DNA of 64,000 nucleotides, taken from NCBI GenBank assembly GCA_964016885.1, contig OZ024740.1:312976001-313040000 (forward strand), written 5' to 3'. Numbering within the stretch: the first letter of the stretch is position 1; every line of letters begins with the position of its first letter. The translations under genes were made by a program, and so were the position numbers. The notes under the pieces are model-generated. The model saw nothing but the letters and a program-made list of their open reading frames with translations, searched no databases and was not told where the DNA came from. Below, in pieces: positions 53,176 to 64,000 of the stretch. Origin of the DNA: Eledone cirrhosa. Lineage: Eukaryota.

Positions 53176-55447
53176 TAATAGTTATATACTCATACATATA
53201 GATGTATGTATGTGCACACTCATACGCGCCAGTGTGTAGAAAATCATAATCTCTCTATCTCACACACTCTCTCTTTCTATATATATATATATGGTAGTTG
53301 AAGTGGTGGTGGTGCTGACGATATACCGGAAGTGCAACTTTGAAAAGAAGTTAATTTTAGATTATTTACTTTTACGAAATTATTTGTTTACGAAATTTAG
53401 CACATAAATTATGTAATATTCATTCATTATTTATTCAAAGTAATCCAACTTATTTTACTAACTGGATTAAAAGAAATAAACCGTACGCAGTCCCGCAGCC
53501 TTTGCTTTATTATAGTTTAGATTCACTAGATTCACTTTTTTTTATTCTTTACCCACCACATCCACCTTCACCACCATCACCACGACCACCACCACACTAT
53601 CGCTACCACCATCGTCACCACCACCATCATCAACACTCACCTCCCCTCTACTTTTTTTTTATTCTTTACCCACCACATCCACTACCACCACCATCACCAC
53701 CACTACCACTACCATTACCGCCACAACCACCACCACTACCGTCACCGCCACCACCGCCACCACTACCACCACTACCAACACCGCCAACACCACCACCACT
53801 ACCACTACCACTACCACTACCATCAGCACTACCACTACCACTACAACCGCCATCACCAACACCACTGTCACGGTGCCCAAGAAACGCTGTATGCCAGTAC
53901 GGCAACCCTGTGACTCCACCAGGAGTCACTAGTAATGCCACGGGTTCGACCTACTAAATACAGCAGAGAAATCCGACTTAAACCGATCACAGCCCAAAGG
54001 GTTAATTCTTTTGGTACCAACACGCCCCAAACCACCTCCGACTTTATGAAACAGCCGCTCATTTTAAAGAATTTCTAACAATTTTATATAAGAATATTCT
54101 ATATTACAAATACCATCTTAATAGAATTATACTTTTAGAAAACCATTCCTAAATTCTTCATTAATTAATTAAAATACAAAGGTTAAATAAGACACGTTGA
54201 ATAATATGTTCGTAATTACGCTATTCCTGAAAACAAAAGGCGGGATAATCATGGATTGTACGCCTTTGATCATTGGTCTACTTAATCAGAATGGACTTGG
54301 GCTAAATAATAAGTGGAATTTTCCTCATATCTCAAAATGAAAAAATAACAGGAAGGACACTTTGTTAGATACTCTTGAGTCTCGAATAATCTACCCCTCC
54401 CCCAGAGTTATGAATTTTTCCGATTTTTCCACTCCCACCAGACCACTCTTATTCTAACACCCACCGCTTATTAATTTTTGCTAATCTATCTCTGGCGAAA
54501 TTTTATGTTAAATTTTCTTTAAACATTAAAAAACATTATACATAACAAAAAAGTACATTACAAGAAATCCCATACGTTATAAAATAAATAGGATGGGTTG
54601 GGATCTCAATATTTAAACTAAACAACTAATTCTGGTTTTTGTTGGTTTTTTTTAAATCAACGGAGACAACCTAAAAAAATTACCGATTTGCCAACACCCC
54701 ACGCATATTTGGAACCCGAGAATATTGGCAAAAGGATTTGATGGTGATGGATAGGATGCCATTCATTATAAGTCTAATAAGGGCGGTAGAATGGCAGTAT
54801 TGGTAGAATGTCGGACAACATGCTTTGCGACATATGGTTACATCCCTTTACATTCTGAGTTCAACCCTTGCTAAGGTTAGCTTTGCCTTTCATCTTTACG
54901 GGGGTCGATAAAATAAAGTACCAATCACATACTGGTATCGATTTAATCGACTTTCCCCTGCCCCAAAATTGTTGGCTTTGTGTCTAAATCAGAAACCTTT
55001 ATTGCAAAGGCTGTGAATCGGCAGAAGCGTTATATCATCGGATGAAACTGGTAGCATTCTGCCACCTTAACGCTATCACCTGCCTCAGGGGACTTTAGCA
55101 AAGTCCATTCCGTTGCAAGCATGCACGCCAGGTCTTTAGTTAGAGAGTACTCTTCTTTTCTCTTTAACAAGTTTTGGAGGCCCAGAAAACAGCCATGAAC
55201 TGGCTTTTCTACTGGCAAAAACAAGCAGCAAACTTGATTCGTATGGCACTTGGCAGTAGCACTGCGCTCAAAAACTTGAGCCACCGATCACGATACTTTA
55301 AAAAATCGTCAAACGACTATTTATAAAAGTATCATCCCCACCACAGAACAGTTATATTAAATTAATAATAGTAGTTGGGTGCAGTTAGCTTGGTCATTCT
55401 TCTTTCACTCCTAGCAGCAAATGAATTCAAAGAATTCTGTCATCTCA

Positions 55448-55627
<180 letters not shown>

Positions 55628-55799
55628 TTATATATATATATTGATTTTATATTTCTTATCTGAAAACGTATGTTGAAACAGATATTGTTATACTTTGGGA
55701 AGGTCATGTTGCCAAAAAAAAACATATGCGCCTGTTGGTTTCACTTCAATTAATTACAAATTTTCGGTTGGTTAGTTTAATAACCGGAGGATTGATTAT

Positions 55800-56280
55800 T
55801 TGTTTATTGCCAAAGCTCTTTCGTCACACATTCTGGAAAAAAATAGTTATTTGATAGTTCCCGGTATTTTAGGATTTTATTCCGTTCAGCAATGGAAGAA
55901 GTTACCTTCATATTTACCTCGGCATCCATGATTTGGGAGGGAGCAAAAGAGCCACTGACTGTGGTGCCACAGATGAGACACCTACCTCTTACCCAGGGGC
56001 AAAGAGTAAGGTTGTCTGGTCTCTTCCTATCATTTCTGAATAATCCAGCCGGCTCCAGAACCGAGGGGATATTTACCCGAGCCAGGGCCCGCTTAATGAT
56101 CAGGTTTAGCTTTGTGTGGCGGGTGAAGCAACCAGCATTCAGGCGGCAGGACAAACCACGGAGGTCTGTGGAGTCGAGGGATCTACCACAGTGACATCTC
56201 AGACCCCCACAGACATCGTCTCCCACTCGGAGATTAAGTCACTATTTCTAGAAGGTCGAGAGATCACATGGAGGTTTCAA
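55800..56280 (-). mobile_element. Second CRE-like RLE-domain fragment
   Basis: C.CG...GLSC...RH..LN.II.RAL...PSVLEPAGLFRNDRKRPDNLTLCPWVRGRCLI; homologous to 12760-13180. Confidence 0.8.
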
Positions 56281-56776
56281 TGGTTGATCGCTTTCTAGTT
56301 TTGTTATCCACCTGAATGGATTAACTTCGACTGTTTCATTATTACATGCACAGAGAGCGGTGGATTGGCAGTATCGGTAGAACGTCAGACAACATGCTTT
56401 GTGGCATAGAGTTACGGCCCTTTATCTTCTGAATTCTAATCTTCCGAGGTTAGTTTTGCCTTTCATCCTTATGGGGGTCGATAAAATAAAGTACCAGTCA
56501 CGCACTGGGGTCGATTTAATCGATCCTCCCCTCCCCTAAAATTGCTAGCCTTGTGCCTAAATCAGAAACCATTATAACGTGTACTGTAGATATCTCCTAT
56601 GTGTTCCTTTAGTGTAATAAAGCTGTATACAAACATATATTGATTTTCTACGTGTTATCACATGTTTTCATAAATTCATATCGATATCATCGATAATTTT
56701 TAGTATGAGAGTTATTGATTTTTTATTGCTTTTGTAAAAATATATTTTATCTAATAATTACTTCGGGAAACGAATA

Positions 56777-57119
56777 CAGTGGAACCTCGGCTCACGAACG
56801 CCTCTTATCACGAACAAATAGGTTCACGAACAATTTTTCCGAAAATAAAACGTCTTGGCTTAAAAACGGTGTCTCGAGTAAAGTACACGCAAGCCGGCAA
56901 CAATGGTTGACAACAAGCTTGGAGTATTGACAGGAAAGCGTCACTTGCTGTGTAGTTAGTTACTATGGTGATATATATCTGTATTTCACACACAGTCTCT
57001 CCTCCTCTCTCTATATCTCTCTCAACATTTCATATGAGAAAATAGTTTCGGCTTACGAACATTTCGGGTAATGAACGGACTTCAGGAAGGAATTAAGTTT
57101 GTGAACAGATGTTCCACTG
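56777..57119. mobile_element. pogo/Tigger-type MITE
   Basis: TA|CAGTGGAACCTCGGCTCACGAAC...GTTTGTGAACAGATGTTCCACTG|TA. Confidence 0.8.
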
Positions 57120-57357
57120 TATTTTAGATCATGTTAAAGTTGTATATATTCAACACATCCCTGTCAAATAGTTTGTTGTTGTGGTGTGACCCCAGGTGAA
57201 CACTATTCAAAGAGTTCTATGGCACGCAGGTAGATAGATACACGACTAGGAGTAATCCAGAAATCCCTCTTTCCAGTTGGGAAAATGTTTTCTGTGCCGA
57301 AAGACATAGTTCGATCGACATTCCATGGATCTCGACAGAGGTATTATCAAATAGATT

Positions 57358-57745
57358 AGAAGACTTCTGAGATAGGGGGGAGGGTATATAGAAGACTTCT
57401 GAAATGTGGGTATATAGAAGACTTCTGAGATGTGGGTATATAGAAGGCTTTTGAGATGTGGGTATATAGAAGGCTTTTGAGATGTGGGTATATAGAAGAC
57501 TTCTGAGATGTGGGGATATAGAAGACTTTTGAGATGTGGGTATATAGAAGGCTTTTGAGATGTGGGTATATAGAAGACTTCTGAGATGTGGGTATATAGA
57601 AGACTTCTGAAATGTGGGTATATAGAAGACTTTTGAGATGTGGGTATATAGAAGACTTTTGAGATGTGGGTATATAGAAGACTTCTGAAATGTGGGTATA
57701 TAGAAGACTTTTGAGATGTGGGTATATAGAAGACTTTTGAGATGT
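57358..57745. repeat. 26-bp minisatellite (about 15 units)
   Basis: Unit GAGATGTGGGTATATAGAAGACTTCT. Confidence 0.95.
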
Positions 57746-58569
57746 CATAGACAGAGCAAAAAAAAAATCAATTATTAAATGTTCATCCTCTCAAAGAGCT
57801 TGCGCAGTGTACTTTACGTATGATAGAGTTCCACTGAAGGATAGAGAGTGAGAGAATGGAAGTGAGAAAGAGATATAGAGAAAGAATCGACCCCAGTATT
57901 AGACACATACTTTTTTTTATCGACCTTAAATGGATGAAAGGCAAAGTTGATTTCAGCGAGATTTGAATTGTGAGAACAGGGAGCCGCAACGAATACCATT
58001 AAACATTTTATCCGACCTTCTAACGACTCCGCCAATTCGCCGCCTTCAGTCAACTGGATGTATATACATGTATATGTGTGTGTATGTGTTTAAATATACA
58101 TATATCTATGTATATATGTTTACATGTGTGCATGTGTGCGTGTGTGTATGAGTGTGTATATAAATATATAATTATACATATGTATCATGTTGTTCAGAAA
58201 TTGATACAGGTTTAACAAAGGTTTAAAACATTAACTTTAAAATGACTTATCTCAGTCCAGAATAAACTTTATAGATCGCAATAAATCCATTAGAATCTAT
58301 ACGCTTTCGGCAACAAGATACACATTTATTTATTTGGGTAACATAAAATTCTAAAATCCTGACAGGTGATGAATTCTTCGAAGCCATTTTTACGCTTGCT
58401 TGATGGTATCCGGTGAGTATACTTAGATAAACAGTGTTTCGTAGCCCAATTCGTTCAACTAGAGCGTTCGTTGTGCGGTGGGTGGTGCAGCGTTGTTGTT
58501 TTCGGAAGCAAAAGCAAAAATATACTTCCCGTGTTGTGCCAACACAACAAAAAGGTTGGGTCTCGGTCA

Positions 58570-59570
58570 TTTTGTTACTCGATTGGTTCCACCCACTACT
58601 TTATACTTGAAATGAATAAATACCTCGTGAAGAAGGGATTGTCATCCGCGGTCCTTTTTATCATCGACAATATTCCTGAACATCCTGAATCCCTGATGTA
58701 TAAGGATGAACACATTGAAGTGTTGTTGCCGCCAAACACAACACTACTGTTGCAGCCCTTTAATCAAGGTATGAAATATGTGAAGGCGGCTTATACTCGC
58801 TTTACTTTTGCCGGGATTCGTTCTTCAAATGATGCTAGTCAGAATTACCGTATCATGGATTTATGGAACAGCTTCACAATTGAGGATGAAATTCAATTTA
58901 AACCTGAATCTATTAATGTTCTCTAACCTGATACAATCAATGCCGGCTGAAACGTATTATGGAGCGAGATAGTTAGCAATGAAGAAGTGAAAAAGACTTT
59001 GCAGGTTGCCAGGGAAGTTGATGAGGAAGGTTCTTCTGGCATGATCGATGAAAAACATTGAACAAGACATCGAAGAACATATAGAACTCTTTACTGACGA
59101 AGACCTGAAACAACTGCTGACATCACCGACAGAAGTGGAAGCTGAAGCTGAAGAGGTAGACGTTCATCTATCACTATTGACGTCTGAGAAGTCTGCAGTC
59201 GTTTTTCTTTTACCAGGCTGGGTTGTGTGTTGTGTTCTTGAGCAAAACACTTCATTTCACGTTGCTCCAGTATACTCAGCTGAAAATGAGTACCAGCAAT
59301 AACTGGGGGCTTACCCTGCGATAGACTGGCGTCTTGTCCAGCGGGTAATTTTGTACTCTCATTCGTTTCACGCCACAGAAACCGGAATAAACACCAGCCT
59401 AAACAGCCCCAGAGCTCAAGATAAATTTTACACTTAGACATTTCTAAAAAGGACGATCCTTTGGTGAAACGAAGCCTATGTATAACCAACGCCATCAGAG
59501 TTAACCTAGATCCACTGCAACAGTTGTTTGTCAAATCCAAGAGAAAGAAGAAGCAGCTTCCTATAAATAT
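58570..59570 (+). mobile_element. Degenerate pogo/Tigger transposase fragment interrupted by a SINE
   Basis: LFIIDNIPEHP...LLPPNTTLLLQPFNQG resembles the DDE_1 motif 'LDNAPGHP...FLPPNTTSLIQPMDQG'; acidic C-terminal remnant. Confidence 0.8.
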
Positions 59571-60677
59571 GTGTATTAACTAGAGATTTACAATTGTGAA
59601 GCCCCATTCTACTCCCCTCAGCCAGCGATCTCCAGAAAACCTGACGTTACGCCTCCTCCAATACATCGCTATATATAGACACTTATTTATAAGGGTTTTC
59701 AACATACGTGGTTTTTTAATAAAGCAGGATCTTGAGAAACCTACTGATTTCACGTTGCTCTTGTTCACTCCGTTGACAAAAATAAGTTGTACTGAATCTC
59801 CCTGAGAACTGCATTAAGGGTGTATGTGTCTATTGAATGCCCACCTAATTACATATTAATTCACGAACAAGCAGTTCCGTTGATTGAATCAATTGGAGCA
59901 TTTGTCGTCATAACCGACGGAGGGCCTCCAATTACAGTTTCACTATTCATGATGTATGTTTTACTGCTGGTGTCGGTAAAGTATTCTTTTCTGGTTGTAT
60001 GAAATCCTTATGTGTTAGAGTGGAAATTTTCGTGTTTCAGAGCTTAAACCAAAATAATTAACCCTTTCATGAGGGTATCTCTAATGAAATACACTATTTC
60101 AATTAATTAATGAAGAATTTTAAGAGATTTACTAAAACTATTAATTATTTCATTACTATAATAGTAACTTAACATATCTAAAATCTGTCTCAAGCTCGGT
60201 ACTTATCCCGGTTTCTGTGGCATGAAGCGACTGAGAACACAAGACTTCTTCCTAGAAAGGACGCCAGTCAATCACAGGGTTAAACCCCCAGCTATTAGTA
60301 TACGGGAGCAATGCGAAATGAAGTATTTTGCTCAAGAACACAACACACAACTCAGTCAAAGAATCAAGCCCACGACATTATGATCGTAAAACGCTTCCAC
60401 AACTTATGGTTCTTATAGGTTCTTATATAAAATTATGTTGGAAGATTTAAATAGGAATCCTATAGAATGTTTTTTTTTATAGAAACACAGCCAGTCTTGG
60501 TCGGGTTGGTGTCAAAAGATCTCTTCTTTTTTCACTAAAATATTGGTATGGTGTGGTCCCATAACTCCTGGTGGAATCGTAGGGGCATCGTCATGACAAA
60601 AGGCATGTCCTGGGCACTTTAGACCTGGCCGAACCCATTCTTCTCCGTGTCTTAACATAGCCGATTTCTTATAGAGA

Positions 60678-60745
<68 letters not shown>

Positions 60746-61789
60746 GCGATAAGGAGATATTGATGAAGAATCAACCCCAGCACTTGACTGGTACTTTATT
60801 ATCGACCTTGAAAGGTTGAAAGTCAAAGTTAAACTCGGTAGGATTTGAACTCAGAGCACGCAGTGAGTTGGCTCGAATACCATAAACCATTCTATCTGAC
60901 GATCTAACAACTCTGCCAAATCACCACTTCACTAAAATATTTCTTTTAATTATTCTTTTTTAAGGTGGTGCCCCAACATGGCCGCAGTCAAATAACTGAA
61001 ACCGGTAAAACAATAAAAGAATAACATATAACTTATGGGTTAGAAGAAAATTTGTGGTTGCTAGTTCATTGAGCAACCCTAACAACCCTGCCAATTTGCC
61101 GCCTTGAAGATGGAATGATAACAACCGAAATACCTTTCATTTAGACCTTGGGGGCTTGGGTAACTTCAGGTTTAAGGGGGTCCCTCATACACACAAAAAT
61201 AGAATACCCAACGCCGCTCCCCCAATTTTACATATCAAAGTTAAGTTGGCGCAAGTAATAGCAAATGAAAAGTTATACATACAGGTATTAAATTAAAAAA
61301 TTCTAACCATCCTAAAACTAAAATACCCAGCTAAGGGCACAAATAAATTGCTACAGCTGTCACTGGTGGGGCCTGGGGCAATTAACCCCTAATTAAATCC
61401 GACCCTGCTTTCATCATAGGTATACTTGACCACGGCGGCTCTAGGGGTAGACAACAACAATAAAACAATCAGACTTACCTGTGCCAATGGCATATCTCTC
61501 TCTGTCCCTGTCTTACGTCCGTCAGCCGAAGTAATCCGTCCACTTGTGATGTGTTATCCTGTTCATATCATGATCCTTGTCCGTCACTATACTTTCGTTC
61601 TTTCTTTCTTCCTTTCTTTATTTATTTATTTCATTCCTTTCTTCTTTCTTTCTTTTGTCTTTCTTTCTTTTCCCTTTCTTTCTTTCTTCTTTACTTTCTT
61701 TTGTCTTTCTTTTTCCCTTTCTTTTTTTCTTTTGTCTTTCTTTTTCCCTTTCTTTTTCCTTTCTTTCTTTCTCCCTTTCTTTCTTGTAT

Positions 61790-64000
61790 GTATGTGTTAA
61801 CGTATAGTAATAATGTGTAGCTATATATGTATGTGTCTGTGTGTGTATATGTTAACGTATAGTAATAATGTGTAGCTATATATGTATGTGTCTGTGTGTG
61901 TATATGTTAACGTATAGTAATAATGTGTAGCTATATATGTATGTGTCTGTGTGTGTATATGTTAACGTATAGTAATAATGTGTAGCTATATATGTATGTG
62001 TCTGTGTGTGTATATGTTAACGTATAGTAATAATGTGTAGCTATATATGTATGTGTCTGTGTGTGTATATGTTAACGTATAGTAATAATGTGTAGCTATA
62101 TATGTATGTGTATGTATGTGTTAACGTATAGTAATAATGTGTAGCTATATATGTATGTGTCTGTGTGTGTATATGTTAACGTATAGTAATAATGTGTAGC
62201 TATATATGTATGTGTCTGTGTGTGTATATGTTAATGTATAGTAATAATGTGTAGCTATATATGTATGTGTCTGTGTGTGTATATGTTAACGTATAGTAAT
62301 AATGTGTAGCTATATATGTATGTGTATGTATGTGTTAACGTATAGTAATAATGTGTAGCTATATATGTATGTGTCTGTGTGTGTATATGTTAACGTATAG
62401 TAATAATGTGTAGCTATATATGTATGTGTCTGTGTGTGTATATGTTAACGTATAGTAATAATGTGTAGCTATATATGTATGTGTCTGTGTATGTATATGT
62501 TAACGTATAGTAATAATGTGTAGCTATATATGTATGTGTCTGTGAGTGTATATGTTAACGTATAGTAATAATGTGTAGCTATATATGTATGTGTATGTAT
62601 GTGTTAACGTATAGTAATAATGTGTAGCTATATATGTATGTGTCTGTGTGTGTATGTTAACGTATAGTAATAATGTGTAGCTATATATGTATGTGTCTGT
62701 GTATGTATATGTTAACGTATAGTAATAATGTGTAGCTATATATGTATGTGTCTGTGTGTGTATATGTTAATGTATAGTAATAATGTGTAGCTATATATGT
62801 ATGTGTCTGTGTATGTATATGTTAACGTATAGTAATAATGTGTAGCTATATATGTATGTGTCTGTGTGTGTATATGTTAACGTATAGTAATAATGTGTAG
62901 CTATATATGTATGTGTATGTATGTGTTAACGTATAGTAATAATGTGTAGCTATATATGTATGTGTCTGTGTGTGTATATGTTAACGTATAGTAATAATGT
63001 GTAGCTATATATGTATGTGTCTGTGTGTGTATATGTTAACGTATAGTAATAATGTGTAGCTATATATGTATGTGTATGTATGTGTTAACGTATAGTAATA
63101 ATGTGTAGCTATATATGTATGTGTCTGTGTATGTATATGTTAACGTATAGTAATAATGTGTAGCTATATATGTATGTGTCTGTGTGTGTATATGTTAACG
63201 TGTAGTAATAATGTGTAGCTATATATGTATGTGTCTGTGTATGTATATGTTAACGTATAGTAATAATGTGTAGCTATATATGTATGTATGTGTTAACGTA
63301 TAGTAATAATGTGTAGCTATATATGTATGTATGTGTTAACGTATAGTAATAATGTGTAGCTATATATGTATGTGTCTGTGTATGTATATGTTAACGTATA
63401 GTAATAATGTGTAGCTATATATGTATGTGTCTGTGTGTGTATATGTTAACGTATAGTAATAATATGTAGCTATATATGTATGTGTCTGTGTATGTATATG
63501 TTAACGTATAGTAATAATGTGTAGCTATATATGTATGTGTCTGTGTGTGTATATGTTAACGTATAGTAATAATATGTAGCTATATATGTATGTGTCTGTG
63601 TATGTATATGTTAACGTATAGTAATAATGTGTAGCTATATATGTATGTGTCTGTGTGTGTATATGTTAACGTATAGTAATAATATGTAGCTATATATGTA
63701 TGTGTCTGTGTATGTATATGTTAACGTATAGTAATAATGTGTAGCTATATATGTATGTGTCTGTGTGTGTATATGTTAACGTATAGTAATAATGTGTAGC
63801 TATATATGTATGTGTCTGTGTGTGTATATGTTAACGTATAGTAATAATGTGTAGCTATATATGTATGTGTCTGTGTGTGTATATATTAACGTATAGTAAT
63901 AATGTGTAGCTATATATGTATGTGTCTGTGTGTGTATATGTGAACGTATAGTAATAATGTGTAGCTATATATGTATGTGTCTGTGTATGTATGTGTTAAC
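61790..64000. repeat. 55-bp tandem satellite (about 41 units, runs off the window)
   Basis: Unit GTTAACGTATAGTAATAATGTGTAGCTATATATGTATGTGTCTGTGTGTGTATAT with 51- and 45-bp variants. Confidence 0.97.

Noticed and set aside
58247-58570. ORF containing MASKNSSPVR in a good start context
   Set aside because: Short, no recognisable motif, abuts a Tigger fragment; probably transposon-derived
61479-61595. Strong minus-strand donor CAG|gtaagt after a short unique segment (…MPLAQ)
   Set aside because: No acceptor upstream, no recognisable protein and no compatible downstream exon found; cannot support a gene call

Overview
AT-rich, microsatellite- and transposon-dense metazoan DNA; the SINE families and (TA)n/(CA)n load suggest a coleoid cephalopod, probably Octopus (inference). 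Positions 1-35.5 kb hold the 5' part of a minus-strand axonemal inner-arm dynein heavy chain gene, most similar to DNAH3. I assembled 14 coding exons by hand (about 725 codons, all GT-AG, all phases compatible); the gene runs off the left edge. A candidate non-coding first exon and RFX X-box promoter lie at about 35.4-35.6 kb. The rest is repeat-dominated: a decayed RepHel Helitron and non-autonomous relatives, an internally deleted DD37D (maT) Tc1/mariner element, Tigger, hAT and mariner MITEs, RTE/CR1/CRE LINE fragments, three tRNA-derived SINE families and 21-, 26-, 27- and 55-bp tandem arrays. Most notable: a near-perfect 394-bp palindrome in the predicted first intron, several other fold-back structures in the dynein pre-mRNA, degenerate minimal hammerhead motifs, intronic X-boxes, an NRF1-motif array and a same-site SINE dimer. 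No clearly novel multi-gene system is evident.
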